A stretch of 64,000 nucleotides of DNA from a virus (IMGVR_UViG_3300046359_000179:11944-75943), one strand, 5' to 3'; numbered from the stretch's first letter, positions 16,723 through 27,540 are shown. Numbers and translations are program-made. Notes: generated by a model not told the origin, from the letters alone.

Positions 16723-17292
16723 TTACCGAAGTTTCATCGGCTCTTCTTTTCCTGTTTCAAACGCATTATCTGCTCGCGCGGTTGAAACAATCTTATACTC
16801 ATCCAGATTCAATTTGGGAAATCCAGCAATTCGCAACCATGTGCCTGTCCAGAAATACCCAAGGGAAGTTTCATAACTTCGCTTGATGTCGAGCATCGCA
16901 GTTTGGCTATTCTTAAATTCATCACGACCAGCTTCAATCGACTGTTGAATCCGCAAATAAACTTTGCTATCAAGTTGCGGATTTTGTTCTTGGATCCACT
17001 GCATGGTTGCTTTGGAACCGCCTTCACCATAGCGACCTTCAATCGCAGCGGTAACAACTTCTTTCAAATCATTCTTCATCATCTCCGGAACTTGAACCAT
17101 CTCGGCAATCTTTTGGCCATATTGAGCAAGTACGTTTCGGTTATCATCACGCTTTGCTTTGAGTTGGGCTTCAATCGTTACCCCGTGGTTGTTTGCACTA
17201 ACATAGCTGCCGAATGCAATGCCTGCTAGGCCTCCCAAAAACACTAAAACAGCCAGCAGCACAATAATCATTCCACCAATTTGCTTTTTCAT
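16723..17292 (-). CDS. LemA-like membrane-anchored protein
   Basis: N-terminal TM helix plus C-terminal R.Y...L.Y......P...AGFP pattern resembling LemA. Confidence 0.4.
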   Translation of the reverse strand: MKKQIGGMIIVLLAVLVFLGGLAGIAFGSYVSANNHGVTIEAQLKAKRDDNRNVLAQYGQKIAEMVQVPEMMKNDLKEVVTAAIEGRYGEGGSKATMQWIQEQNPQLDSKVYLRIQQSIEAGRDEFKNSQTAMLDIKRSYETSLGYFWTGTWLRIAGFPKLNLDEYKIVSTARADNAFETGKEEPMKLR

Positions 17293-17317
17293 TTCATTTT
17301 CCTTTAAAAGTCAACAT

Positions 17318-18475
17318 TTACCAAAGAGTTCGAAAAATACTAAATTTGCTAACTCGGCTGCGGTAGCCATAACTACTGCGAATTTCGCTATTCACGAAGA
17401 ACATAACCAACCCAGCAGACATCAATTGTAACACGACCAACGCCATTAACACCCAAGAAGGTGGATCAATTTCATTTTCTAAATACTTGAACTCCTTCAT
17501 AGAACGACGAACAAAGTTTTTATCTATTTGCGAAGCGATCGCAGGAATAACCTTTTCGCGATCCGCAACATTTAGGGATTGTATCGTATCACGCAATTCA
17601 ACTTTAAAGATCTCGCTTTTCGACCAAGTGATAATTCTTACCCAATCAATTTTTGGCCATTCTGACGTTCCCATGACAACAACGACATCATTTTTATTTG
17701 CATTGTCCCAAGCTGTGCGCAGCGTGTATTCATAATTTGGGTCATTAGACTTCACAGCAACAACGACCGCATTAACTTGCTTTGACGGGCCACGGTCTTT
17801 AAGCATTTCGCTGATGTCTTCATTCCACTTGCTTGCATCAGGAACAGAAACACCTGGAGTCAAAAACCGATTAATTTTGTAAAAATCAAACGTGGAATCT
17901 GGATAAGTAGGAATCAAGTCCTTAAACTTTTCCGTAAGTGATGCAGGAGAGGGAGCAAACAATGTCTGAGGAACAGCCTGAACATAGTTTGTGTACGACA
18001 TCGCTTTTGCGACTGGTTGTCCCGGTTCAATTTCCAGCCAGCGTTTTGGGTCTGGGAGATTGTATACACGCCGATTGCCCCAATCCTCTTTTGCAATTTT
18101 ATAGTCGCCGACTGTGGTGTCACAGTTCCAAGTTACAGTATAGCGATCCTCGTAACAGGTGTCACAGGCCTCAGAACAAGAACGATTTTGCCCGGACCCA
18201 CTACAAACCTGTCGGCAATTACACGAATATGGTCGCTGATAAGAACCGTGAACGCGTTCTTTATTAAGGACTTTGCCATTCCAAATTTCAGTATCACTGG
18301 TTTGGACACCAGATGAAATAAGAAACGAAGCAATAGTAATAAGAGACCCAATCACTAGAATTGACAATGCTGAAATTGCGCTATATTTCCATCCGTGGTT
18401 TTTAAAGTAAATTGCAGAACCACCGGCCAAAGCCAGCGGAATTAGCATAAACCAAATCATCGTCAAGTTAAACAT
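17318..18475 (-). CDS. membrane protein with Cys-rich ectodomain
   Basis: Two N-terminal and one C-terminal TM helices; CNCRQVCSGSGQNRSCSEACDTC cluster. Confidence 0.5.
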   Translation of the reverse strand: MFNLTMIWFMLIPLALAGGSAIYFKNHGWKYSAISALSILVIGSLITIASFLISSGVQTSDTEIWNGKVLNKERVHGSYQRPYSCNCRQVCSGSGQNRSCSEACDTCYEDRYTVTWNCDTTVGDYKIAKEDWGNRRVYNLPDPKRWLEIEPGQPVAKAMSYTNYVQAVPQTLFAPSPASLTEKFKDLIPTYPDSTFDFYKINRFLTPGVSVPDASKWNEDISEMLKDRGPSKQVNAVVVAVKSNDPNYEYTLRTAWDNANKNDVVVVMGTSEWPKIDWVRIITWSKSEIFKVELRDTIQSLNVADREKVIPAIASQIDKNFVRRSMKEFKYLENEIDPPSWVLMALVVLQLMSAGLVMFFVNSEIRSSYGYRSRVSKFSIFRTLW

Positions 18476-18757
18476 CGTTGGGTCCTAAATGTTCAGGGTT
18501 TAATTTTTCGCTGAGGTCGAAATGGTGAAGAAATTGAAACTTCTGGGCATTTCATTAGGTCCACTGAAATTTCAACAAGCATTTCATCAGGTCGCAACTT
18601 AATGTCATGCTTATTTGTAAACTTCTTCGCACTTAAAGGTTCATCAACAAACTCAGCAGCGAATGCAGTCTTATTATACCCTGAAAAGTAACGACCTGCT
18701 GAGGTACGAACAACGTAAAGCGTAACATTGGACAAATTTTGCATCTTATTCCTCTTT

Positions 18758-19561
18758 TTAAATTGTGAAAACGTTTGATGGATGGAAGCCGTTATTTTTA
18801 AATTTTTCATTAGGGTACCCGACAGGGTTACACACTAGTTGAGTGCGCCCTATTGTCCCATTATAAGCATCATGTGTATGACCGAAAAACCAATAAGCTG
18901 GCTGATGCTTTAAAATGAAAGCATCTAAGTCGCTTGCGAATGCCCCATTTAATGGACTATCACCATATTTTGCATGGACTGCTTTGTAGGTAGGTAGGTG
19001 ATGAGTGACAATTACGGTCTTTGAATTGTCTTTGCCCTTCATTAATGTTGACAATTTTCGCTTACAACTTGCGTGCATTTTTTGTGCTGTGTCCGGAGTA
19101 AAAGCTCCACTTCCATCAAAAATATAAGCATGATCATTCATCTGAAAAGCCGCTGCGGACTTCATTTCTTCTGGGGACTTTTTGTAGTCGGTCCACATAG
19201 TGGCAGCATGAAAAGTTACTTCGTCAATGACCACAGTTTTTACTGTGTTTCCTGCAATGGTCAAATTGCTGTTTGGCAAATTAAGTTTTAAAATGCCTTC
19301 TGTTAACGAAATGTCAAAGCCATAATGTTCGTGATTTCCCAAGACATAAATGACATGTTTAAAACGTGAACAAAGGCTATCTACAAATCCGGCCAATAAG
19401 TTTGCACGTCTAGCCGTCCCAATATCACCAGCAATAATAAGGACCGTTTCATGATCTGTAGGAAGCGCAGGAATTATCCTTGCAGCCTCGCGTCGAATCT
19501 CTTCAGGATCTTTAATGAACTCTAGGTGAATATCACTTAGTTCGCGAATCAATAAAGTCAT
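18758..19561 (-). CDS. metallophosphoesterase (calcineurin-like)
   Basis: LSDIHLE, GDIG, GNHEH, GHTH motifs. Confidence 0.65.
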   Translation of the reverse strand: MTLLIRELSDIHLEFIKDPEEIRREAARIIPALPTDHETVLIIAGDIGTARRANLLAGFVDSLCSRFKHVIYVLGNHEHYGFDISLTEGILKLNLPNSNLTIAGNTVKTVVIDEVTFHAATMWTDYKKSPEEMKSAAAFQMNDHAYIFDGSGAFTPDTAQKMHASCKRKLSTLMKGKDNSKTVIVTHHLPTYKAVHAKYGDSPLNGAFASDLDAFILKHQPAYWFFGHTHDAYNGTIGRTQLVCNPVGYPNEKFKNNGFHPSNVFTI

Positions 19562-20149
19562 AGCGTTTTATACCTATTAAAAATTCTTCGCAACGCATAA
19601 GAACGGATTATTGAAACTACAGTGTAAAAAATAACCAGCAGAATGTTTTGGCTTGTAGAAATTTCCCATCCCAGTAATGGGAAAATAACCAAATTCGCAA
19701 TGAATGAAACTACTAGCCCGACAATGACATTGGTTAATGTCTCAACAATTGATCCACGCCTACTTTGCATTATGAGCTTCCCATGTAATTTTTCGTTTCC
19801 AATAGATTTTAGGCCCAAATAATTTTACATGCCACATTACACCGTTTCCAACTTGCTCGGCATCAACAAAGAAGCCGAGCTTTGAATGGCGCTTAAGACG
19901 TTTTAGCGTCTTAAGCATTTGCGGATGCGTCATTGTATCCTGGGCAAAGAGATAAGTTTCTTGGGTCATGACGCAACAATCTTCATTGCTGAAAGTGCAA
20001 CTGCAAAACCAACTAGCCAGGCTACGCCAATTTGTGCAAGATATTCAGGCTTTACTTCGGGATCATATTCTGCAATTTGCATTGCCCACCATCCAGCAGT
20101 AAAAATACCAAAGACTGTAGAAAGTGTAAAAGCCATTTCATCTGTCATT

Positions 20150-21469
20150 TTATTCTCCAATTGGTTCAACAAATTTATCATCACGAACATGATTATACAC
20201 TGGGAATCGCAGAGAGAAAAACTTTGCGTCTTTCGCCTTAGACATTTCTTGATAGGTAATCACCGCAGTTTGATGCTTATATTTTGAATCGAAATTCTCA
20301 GCGATATCAGCGCGAACTTCATCGCTGAAACCTGATCCGACATTACAGCGGAATTCACGACCATGCTCGTCTCGACCTTCGACTGTGATGCCACCACAAG
20401 TGCCCTGGAGACGCGACTTAGGCTTGCCTTGATACCAAGCAACGATACGCGCGTCAACATCATAAAAGCGCTTAATTTTGCACCAATCCATAGATCGGTC
20501 CCACTGATAAACAGCATCCCAGTTCTTTAGGATTAAACCCTCTTGACCATGAACATCAATGACTTCGTTGCAGTACGCGACCATATCTGCATAACTTTTG
20601 ACTTCCCGCCCATTGGTGATAAGAATCTTTTTGCAACCTGCTTCGTCAATAATTTTTGAAAGAGCTATTCGATTTTGACGCATGGTAATCTTTGTAGATT
20701 GGGCCAGCCAATCATTCAAAGGCATCAAGAAAAAAGCATGGAATCGCAAATTGCCTTTTGCAACATCATTACCTGCTTTTTTGGAATTCATGGTTTCAGT
20801 GAAGTCTGAAGCAAATGCTTCGCCGTCAAGGACAAAGTCATAACCGACATTATCACGCATCTTCTTCATGTCTTCATCAAAGATGCCTTCAAGGTGTTCA
20901 GAAATTTTTCCGCTACGAGCACGGTATTCTACAGGCTGATTGAGGCGAACAAATGCGATGGACCTGTTACCGTCCATTTTCCAATCTCCATGGGCGGGGT
21001 ACGTTACCTTCTCAAGGAACTCTTCTGGGCTATCACACTTGTCTGCAAGCATAATTTCGAATACTGGAATAATTTCCTGCTTCCATGCAGAATTAGCGGT
21101 ATCTGCAGAAAATCCTGCTTTCAAATCCTTGTCAAAAATTCGCGCAATATATTCTTGCGCATGTTCGGGAAATTTTGAAATAGATTGCGTGACTGCTGCT
21201 CGAGCCGCATCTCCAGTAATTTGACGCGTTGCAAGCTTATTAAGCACTTCAAAAAAGTCTGAATAATTTACATCAGACATCTTGACATCTTGTGCAATTG
21301 AAGGCATCTCAAACTTCTTAACGCCGAATACCTGATAGGGATCCAAAGCTGCACAAATCAATTGTTTTGCAATTTCGTCAGCTTTTTCGAGTGCTTCCTT
21401 AATCACTTTTTTGGTTCCTGAACCAGAAGCAGTTTCACACGCTTTAATAACTTCTATAAAATTACTCAT
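20150..21469 (-). CDS. ATP-dependent DNA ligase (T4 gp30-like)
   Basis: KMDGNR adenylation motif (KxDG); 439 aa. Confidence 0.75.
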   Translation of the reverse strand: MSNFIEVIKACETASGSGTKKVIKEALEKADEIAKQLICAALDPYQVFGVKKFEMPSIAQDVKMSDVNYSDFFEVLNKLATRQITGDAARAAVTQSISKFPEHAQEYIARIFDKDLKAGFSADTANSAWKQEIIPVFEIMLADKCDSPEEFLEKVTYPAHGDWKMDGNRSIAFVRLNQPVEYRARSGKISEHLEGIFDEDMKKMRDNVGYDFVLDGEAFASDFTETMNSKKAGNDVAKGNLRFHAFFLMPLNDWLAQSTKITMRQNRIALSKIIDEAGCKKILITNGREVKSYADMVAYCNEVIDVHGQEGLILKNWDAVYQWDRSMDWCKIKRFYDVDARIVAWYQGKPKSRLQGTCGGITVEGRDEHGREFRCNVGSGFSDEVRADIAENFDSKYKHQTAVITYQEMSKAKDAKFFSLRFPVYNHVRDDKFVEPIGE

Positions 21470-21567
21470 TTTAATTCCTTATTTTTGGTTGCATAATCGA
21501 TTATACCGCAAAAATAAACGCTTTGAAAGAAGACATAAATAATATTTTGCAAAAATAAAAGGAATTT

Positions 21568-21984
21568 ATGGCTAAAAATCAAGCACCGACCTTGTGCGTT
21601 GAAGATACGGGGGAAGCATCTTACGTGTCCCTCTTGGAATATAAAAGGGAACATTATCTCTGCGTTATTGATAGGATTTCATCTGATGAAATTACGGCAT
21701 ACGTGCTAGATTATGCCGAAGCTGAAAATATACCAATTCAACAATTTCTAAGCGTAGCAAATCTTTGGTTTTATGGAGCCTCTGATGATCACCCGCTATC
21801 TGTAGAGCTCGCAGCAAAAGGCCTTACAGACGTGCTTTCGCCAATCTATAAGACCTTTGATGCTAACTATGTTTCACGTATAATTGGCACTACTTTTAAT
21901 CATGCTAATACGGAATCGAAAATAAAACGAAGAAAAGCAATTCCTGTAGTCGAAGGAACGCCAGTTCGACTTAAAAAGCGGTGA
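21568..21984 (+). CDS. hypothetical protein (plus strand)
   Basis: 138-aa ORF with AAGGAA-type RBS upstream. Confidence 0.4.
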   Translation: MAKNQAPTLCVEDTGEASYVSLLEYKREHYLCVIDRISSDEITAYVLDYAEAENIPIQQFLSVANLWFYGASDDHPLSVELAAKGLTDVLSPIYKTFDANYVSRIIGTTFNHANTESKIKRRKAIPVVEGTPVRLKKR

Positions 21985-22996
21985 GATTGTAAAGACGCTT
22001 TAGGTGTGACAACTTAAACATATTAAATTGGTCAGTCAATTCTTGAGTCTTTTCCTTCAAAACTGATTTAGCAACAGCTTCATCTACTTCTTCGAAACGG
22101 GCATCAAGATAGGCCAAAGCCCCTTCAATTGTTTCTTTTCCCTCTTTTACAGAGCGCAGATAATCAGAATTAGGTCGTGGGAATATTAGCGCTCCGGTTC
22201 TTGAAATCTCAACAATCTGTTCAACAATGCGAATTGCATGGCTCAACGCTTTCCAATCTGCATGCTGGCCCTCAAAGCTTTTAACGCGTTCCCCGTATGA
22301 ATCTAGCGTATTCAACAGTGAACTGTAAACTTGCCACCAAGTATTAGACATCAAAAACTTTGGAGAAATAACTTGAATGCCAGGAGCGGTTTCAATTCCT
22401 CCTTTAGCATTGAGAATTTCTATACGTGTGACGTTTGGAAACTTGAGGATTTTGTCAATCAGCTCAGAGGACTCAGGAGAATCAAGCCGGGCTTTACGCA
22501 TTACTTCAGTCTCTGAACCAAAGTAATCTTTGATCGTATCGACAACCTTCTTCAATGAAGTGTATCGATCATTTTTAAGGCCGTAAGCTTTCGACTGCGA
22601 GATAGCATAACCGACCATCTTCTTCACAGAATTGGTCATATAATGATCAACCATCTCCCTCATCATTTGAACTTCTGAAGGCTTAACACGTTCTGATTCG
22701 CCATTAAGAACGGCAAATGCAACTTCCAATGCGTAAGTTTGCCCGTTAAAGAAATCATCAAAAAATACCTGAAGCGGCAAGTATTCGGTTTCTGATTCCC
22801 CAGCCTGCACTTTATCGCTCTGTGAACGCCCTTCGGGCTTTTCCTTGCGATTAGTTACCTTCTTATTAAGCAGCAGATCATCAAGCTTTGGAAGAACTAC
22901 GGCCTTATAGTCATAGTCAGATTCTGGTCCGAAAGTTCCATAAAGACGAGAGCCACTAGGTACCGTAAACAGTGTCGTTTCTTTTTCAGCTTTCAT
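21971..22996 (-). CDS. Pol-beta-superfamily nucleotidyltransferase
   Basis: GSRLYGTFGPESDYDYKAVV fits the hG[GS]x(9-13)Dh[DE]h signature. Confidence 0.5.
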   Translation of the reverse strand: MKAEKETTLFTVPSGSRLYGTFGPESDYDYKAVVLPKLDDLLLNKKVTNRKEKPEGRSQSDKVQAGESETEYLPLQVFFDDFFNGQTYALEVAFAVLNGESERVKPSEVQMMREMVDHYMTNSVKKMVGYAISQSKAYGLKNDRYTSLKKVVDTIKDYFGSETEVMRKARLDSPESSELIDKILKFPNVTRIEILNAKGGIETAPGIQVISPKFLMSNTWWQVYSSLLNTLDSYGERVKSFEGQHADWKALSHAIRIVEQIVEISRTGALIFPRPNSDYLRSVKEGKETIEGALAYLDARFEEVDEAVAKSVLKEKTQELTDQFNMFKLSHLKRLYNLTAF

Positions 22997-24092
22997 TATT
23001 CATCTCCTGTCGAATGGCAGTAATCATTGCCAAACTAATTTGGCGTCCAAGTTCTTTACCAGCAAAATTTGCTACGAGGTTGATTATATCAAGATTTGAC
23101 GTGATTGAAGCGAATTTTCTCCAATCATGTGCTGAAAAAAGCAAGTTATTTTGTTGTATCGGCCAAAGTGCCGCCAAAACATTTAGGGCACAGTTTGCGT
23201 GCGTGCTAATAGCATTCGTAGAACGAGTCTTTACTAGAGCATAAACAACACCTTCTGCTGAATAGTCAGCAGAAGTAAAAATTTGCAAAGCATTTAAAGC
23301 ACCGTTAACATCATTTCCAAAAACCTTTGCTGCATTTGGCGCCATAACTGAAGAAAAAGTCGCAACTAAAATCTCACTCGTTTCCAAGTTACACTTACGT
23401 GCAGCTTCAAAATGTTTTTTCATTTCAAGAAGATGTGAACTACTTATATCCCCAAAAACATCTTTGAAAAAACGCACGTTCTGAAATACGCCAAGTTTGT
23501 AAAGAAGATCAACGAATCGGCCAAAGTCTGAACCATCGTCAAGGATGACTTTCTCAAACTCTTTTACAAATCGCTCTTTTGAAATGGTATCCATTTCACC
23601 AGATTTAACAATCTGCTTTGACAATTCCATGGTTTCATCAGCAACAGAAAATTCAGAATAGCGAGCATAAAATCTAGCAAGTCGAACAACGCGCAAAGGA
23701 TCTTCAGAAAATGCTAAAGATGTATGGCGAAGAATTTTTGCTTTGATGTCTTTCACGCCGCCATATGGATCAATGTATTCCCCGTTTACGGGGTTGAAAG
23801 CTATCGAGTTGGTTGTAAAATCCCGACGCTTAAGGTCTGATTCGATTGTGACGTTTTCAGTCTCTACAGAAAATCCTGTATGACCAACACCAGCCTTTTG
23901 CTCAGTTCTAGCCAAAGCCCATTCATCCCCTGTTTCGGGATGGAGGAACACTGGAAATGATGCCCCAACTTGCTTAAAGCCGAGTCGAATCATTTCTTCA
24001 GTCGAAGACCCGACTACGACCCAATCAACATCCTTCGGCTCGCGCCCCATGAGTTGATCGCGAACGGCGCCTCCGACTTTATAAACATCCAT
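22986..24092 (-). CDS. tRNA nucleotidyltransferase (class II CCA-adding enzyme / poly(A) polymerase family)
   Basis: N-terminal VYKVGGAVRDQLMGREPKDVDWVV head-domain signature; 368 aa. Confidence 0.7.
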   Translation of the reverse strand: MDVYKVGGAVRDQLMGREPKDVDWVVVGSSTEEMIRLGFKQVGASFPVFLHPETGDEWALARTEQKAGVGHTGFSVETENVTIESDLKRRDFTTNSIAFNPVNGEYIDPYGGVKDIKAKILRHTSLAFSEDPLRVVRLARFYARYSEFSVADETMELSKQIVKSGEMDTISKERFVKEFEKVILDDGSDFGRFVDLLYKLGVFQNVRFFKDVFGDISSSHLLEMKKHFEAARKCNLETSEILVATFSSVMAPNAAKVFGNDVNGALNALQIFTSADYSAEGVVYALVKTRSTNAISTHANCALNVLAALWPIQQNNLLFSAHDWRKFASITSNLDIINLVANFAGKELGRQISLAMITAIRQEMNNES

Positions 24093-24124
24093 TTTAATTC
24101 CTTCGACTAAAAAAATTACGCCCT

Positions 24125-24418
24125 TCAGTCTCGCATGAACTTCTTAATTTTTGCCTTTTTGCTATTTGCAGCTTCGGTAATAGTATCCCAGTTCAAATTC
24201 ATCTGTGATAGCTCAGTGTTCATAATCATGTCAGTCATGCCAACCACATCACCAAGTTCTATGACTAGGTGTTGAATATTGGATGTTCGAAACGGATCTT
24301 CTGGGTGATAGCTGTCAACCCCGAATCGCTTAATTTTCGAGATAGCTTGAATTACTTCAGCACACTCTTCTTGAAGAATGTCTAGCAGATCGATGGTTTT
24401 TTGGGAAAGTTGTTTCAT
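24125..24418 (-). CDS. MazG-like nucleoside triphosphate pyrophosphohydrolase
   Basis: EExxE (LQEECAEV) and downstream ELGDVV motifs in a 97-aa protein. Confidence 0.5.
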   Translation of the reverse strand: MKQLSQKTIDLLDILQEECAEVIQAISKIKRFGVDSYHPEDPFRTSNIQHLVIELGDVVGMTDMIMNTELSQMNLNWDTITEAANSKKAKIKKFMRD

Positions 24419-24984
24419 AAAACTCCGGCTTGAATTAAAAATAGTTGAAGGACGATAACGTGAGCGTATGCAATACTGTGGGCCTTTTTAAAAGTATAAC
24501 CGTTTTCATCTTTGGCATACAACAGTGTTCTTGTTGCTATAGGATGTGCTTGATAGAGCGTTAACAGTTTCTTTTTTCCTGGTCTAATAAGCGCTAAAAC
24601 GTCTGCTAATTGTACAATACTTTTGGGCTTTATAGCATCTAGTACAGATGAATGATTTGCTAATTGAAACAATTTGGGCTGATGTTCAGGGTCTAAAAGA
24701 ATTGACCAATCCGGTTCAAGGCATAAGAGCTCCTCGATTTCCTGTCGCGATTTGAAATGCGAGTATACATTAAGATGTAAAAAGTCGATTTTCATAAAAC
24801 CGACCTGTTCGGCTTCTTCATATGGAATAGCACAGAGCTTCGTGAGATGATCAACCGGAACAGGTTGGGGGTATACTCCACAAGGATGTGGACCGAGTTT
24901 CCCATTCTTAACCATGCTTGCTTTAGTCCATCCGAAAGCCTTACTTGGGTTAAACGTGTTTACTATATCAATATCGACATCCAT
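24415..24984 (-). CDS. hypothetical protein
   Basis: 189-aa ORF. Confidence 0.45.
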   Translation of the reverse strand: MDVDIDIVNTFNPSKAFGWTKASMVKNGKLGPHPCGVYPQPVPVDHLTKLCAIPYEEAEQVGFMKIDFLHLNVYSHFKSRQEIEELLCLEPDWSILLDPEHQPKLFQLANHSSVLDAIKPKSIVQLADVLALIRPGKKKLLTLYQAHPIATRTLLYAKDENGYTFKKAHSIAYAHVIVLQLFLIQAGVL

Positions 24985-25841
24985 TAGAGCCCCATCTCTT
25001 TTGCAATATGCTTAATATTGTCAATGGCTGCTTTCTCAGTTTTAAAACGTTCTGCCCAATAAGCAGAATTTACTACCTGATTGAAAGCTTTAAGCTGTGA
25101 CATGTCCAGAGTCTTTAAAAAAGCACCAAAGCTTGTAGAACAGAATAGCAACCAAGGAGTCAACCTACGTTGTCTAATTAAAGACAAAACGGTATTCGGC
25201 CCGAGATGGGTAAAAATCTCTCGTAAATCAACCTTCTCCTTACCTGCAGTATCAATCAAATAAGAAATCGAATCTTGAACTTGATCTAGCGGATCTGAAA
25301 TTTTGTCTGACCAATCTAAGTACAGTGCATAAGCAGAATCGCGGCACCAAAGAATTGGCAAAATATTGCCTTCGACCATCAACGAAATAAATTTGTTCGG
25401 GTTGGAAATATTTGCTTTTACTACAAGTTCAGAGAAATTAATGAATGCGCGGTAATATTTGGACTCCAAGAATGCGGCAGAAGAAGGCTGACTAAATTTC
25501 TTCTGCCGCATCCATTCACGATAGAACCCATAAGCAGTTTGTCCAACAGGACTTAGCAACTCTTGAGCACGTCTACGCGGTTCGCAAAAATGCTTCATGA
25601 AGGTAGTTTCAGTGGCAAACCTTTTTGTGCAATAGTGACAATACCAGTTGCCAATTTTGCCCAAATTTATTTCCGCATCTTCTAAAGGAATCCTACGTGC
25701 TGCAATCTCTTCAGCATTAAGAATTTTAGGGACCCTTGGTGGGTTTTGCTGTGACTGTTTCACCTTTCCATTTCCATCCCGGTTTAGTAGGTTCTCCGAA
25801 TCCACGGAAGAATCTGATAAAATTTCTAATGACATGTTCAT
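24984..25841 (-). CDS. hypothetical protein with C2H2-like zinc finger (CHYCTKRFATETTFMKHF)
   Basis: Start uncertain; overlaps ORF 25726..26367. Confidence 0.4.
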   Translation of the reverse strand: MNMSLEILSDSSVDSENLLNRDGNGKVKQSQQNPPRVPKILNAEEIAARRIPLEDAEINLGKIGNWYCHYCTKRFATETTFMKHFCEPRRRAQELLSPVGQTAYGFYREWMRQKKFSQPSSAAFLESKYYRAFINFSELVVKANISNPNKFISLMVEGNILPILWCRDSAYALYLDWSDKISDPLDQVQDSISYLIDTAGKEKVDLREIFTHLGPNTVLSLIRQRRLTPWLLFCSTSFGAFLKTLDMSQLKAFNQVVNSAYWAERFKTEKAAIDNIKHIAKEMGL

Positions 25842-26367
25842 CTATATGTGGCGTATTTACAGTTACATGGAGACCAACTACGGGCAAACCATAGTCTTTG
25901 ACAACAATTTTTGGCTGCACTTTTACTGGCAGAGCTGAAAGTTCGGCTTGTATTTTCTTCTTTCGTTTTCTGGCCTCTCTGTAAGCTTCATTAAATGGCA
26001 GTACTGCCATAATTGTACCATCTTTTTTGTCTTTAATGAAACTTGGGAAGTCTGCAAGCTCAATTGCTTTGTCTTCAATCAGGGCGTAGGCTTCATAATT
26101 CACCGTAGACATGGCTACAGCAAAATATAGCTTCTTTTGGGAATGGAAAAAATGAAAGTCTACCAATTGCCAGTTATGCCCGGGATCGTAAAACCGATCG
26201 CAATAAAAATCTCCATTATAGGCACATTCTGGATATCGAACCATTAGCCGCTTCGCAAATATGTACGTCGCTTTACGCTTTTTGCGATTTGAAACCCGTA
26301 AACCATATCTAGAAAATCGTATTGGCATGCTATTCCTTATTTGTTTTTGCCCTAATCTCCAGGCCAA
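25726..26367 (-). CDS. hypothetical basic protein
   Basis: 213-aa ORF. Confidence 0.4.
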   Translation of the reverse strand: MAWRLGQKQIRNSMPIRFSRYGLRVSNRKKRKATYIFAKRLMVRYPECAYNGDFYCDRFYDPGHNWQLVDFHFFHSQKKLYFAVAMSTVNYEAYALIEDKAIELADFPSFIKDKKDGTIMAVLPFNEAYREARKRKKKIQAELSALPVKVQPKIVVKDYGLPVVGLHVTVNTPHIDEHVIRNFIRFFRGFGEPTKPGWKWKGETVTAKPTKGP

Positions 26368-26428
26368 CTAAACGCAGACATTTGCGAAGGCTGTTTGCGT
26401 GCAGGTTTTGCAATATGGCAGGTGATTT

Positions 26429-26887
26429 TTAGCGAAGTTTGCCATTCAATGTTTCAATTTCACTAATTTCCAAAATACGAATGCTGCCATTAAATTTTGC
26501 AGCATCAGCACAAAGCGTATTATAAATTGAACGTGCTAACATAGTCATCCTATGTGAAGCGTTTTGGCAGAAATAAGTGCTACCACTTGAATTTTTGAAT
26601 TCGAAAAAATCTTCATGCTTAACAACATGCTCAATAGAAGAACCAAGTTTCCACGAATCTACGCCCGCAAAACCCCCATACCAGGATGCTAAGATCCTAA
26701 ACACTGTTTTATTAGCATCTTTGATCTCTACTACAACCCAGCCATCAGGAGTATATTCACTCACTTTTGAATTCCTTTTTGAGCTTTGCAATTCGATCTT
26801 TGTCCCAGCCAAGTTCTTCTGCCATTTGCAAGATTTCTTCTTGAGGCGGAAGAGAGTAAGTTTTAGCTTCCCGTTCAGAGATACCAA
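26429..26887 (-). CDS. hypothetical protein
   Basis: ORF; start uncertain. Confidence 0.35.
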   Translation of the reverse strand: MVSLNGKLKLTLFRLKKKSCKWQKNLAGTKIELQSSKRNSKVSEYTPDGWVVVEIKDANKTVFRILASWYGGFAGVDSWKLGSSIEHVVKHEDFFEFKNSSGSTYFCQNASHRMTMLARSIYNTLCADAAKFNGSIRILEISEIETLNGKLR

Positions 26888-27218
26888 AATACTGTTTAAT
26901 AACTTCTACGCACTCGACAGATTTTTTGTTAGACTTTACGCCTAGCCAAGCATATCGCTTGGGCTTCTTAGAAGATGCAACTTGCAACAATTGCATAAGA
27001 AGATGCGGGTGATCACTTAAAGTGAAAACGCTCGGATTAACAAATTCATTAAGCATCATAATCTGCCGCTCATCTGAAGTTCCCGTCATCCAACGCATGA
27101 CGACTAAAGGGGCAAAACCTTTTCGTTCGTCTTCAGTCAGTTTGCTGTAAATGTCTCCGCTTCGGGGGCTGTCAATGTTGGACAACAGCCCAAAAATGTC
27201 AAGTTTATAGGCGGCCAT
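26757..27218 (-). CDS. clamp-loader small subunit, gp62-like
   Basis: Weak similarity to T4 gp62 (..KKPKRYAWLGVK vs PRGKRYGKWAK); lies near the gp44-like gene. Confidence 0.4.
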   Translation of the reverse strand: MAAYKLDIFGLLSNIDSPRSGDIYSKLTEDERKGFAPLVVMRWMTGTSDERQIMMLNEFVNPSVFTLSDHPHLLMQLLQVASSKKPKRYAWLGVKSNKKSVECVEVIKQYFGISEREAKTYSLPPQEEILQMAEELGWDKDRIAKLKKEFKSE

Positions 27219-27540
27219 GTTTTTTCATATATTCTTCTTCAGCGAAACGAAGAGCTTCTCGCTCTGCCTCGATATCGATAGGTGGAGTATCTTCAGGGTT
27301 GTCGCTCAGCATGGCACGGTCCGCAATGTAATCAGCCCAAGCATGCAAAATCTTGCGAACTCTATCACGGCCCATGCATTCATTCTCAACAACAAGGGTT
27401 CCGTCTTTTGACAGAAAAACTTCTAGTTGACCAAATCCGCAACCTGTCCACTCCCAATTAAAATAAGTTTGCGCGCTATGCGCGAGGCTGACTGTGGGTT
27501 GATTCGCATTAATAATAGCTCGACGTTCTTCTGGGGTCAT
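27205..27540 (-). CDS. hypothetical protein
   Basis: 111-aa ORF between the gp44-like and gp62-like genes. Confidence 0.4.
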   Translation of the reverse strand: MTPEERRAIINANQPTVSLAHSAQTYFNWEWTGCGFGQLEVFLSKDGTLVVENECMGRDRVRKILHAWADYIADRAMLSDNPEDTPPIDIEAEREALRFAEEEYMKKHGRL

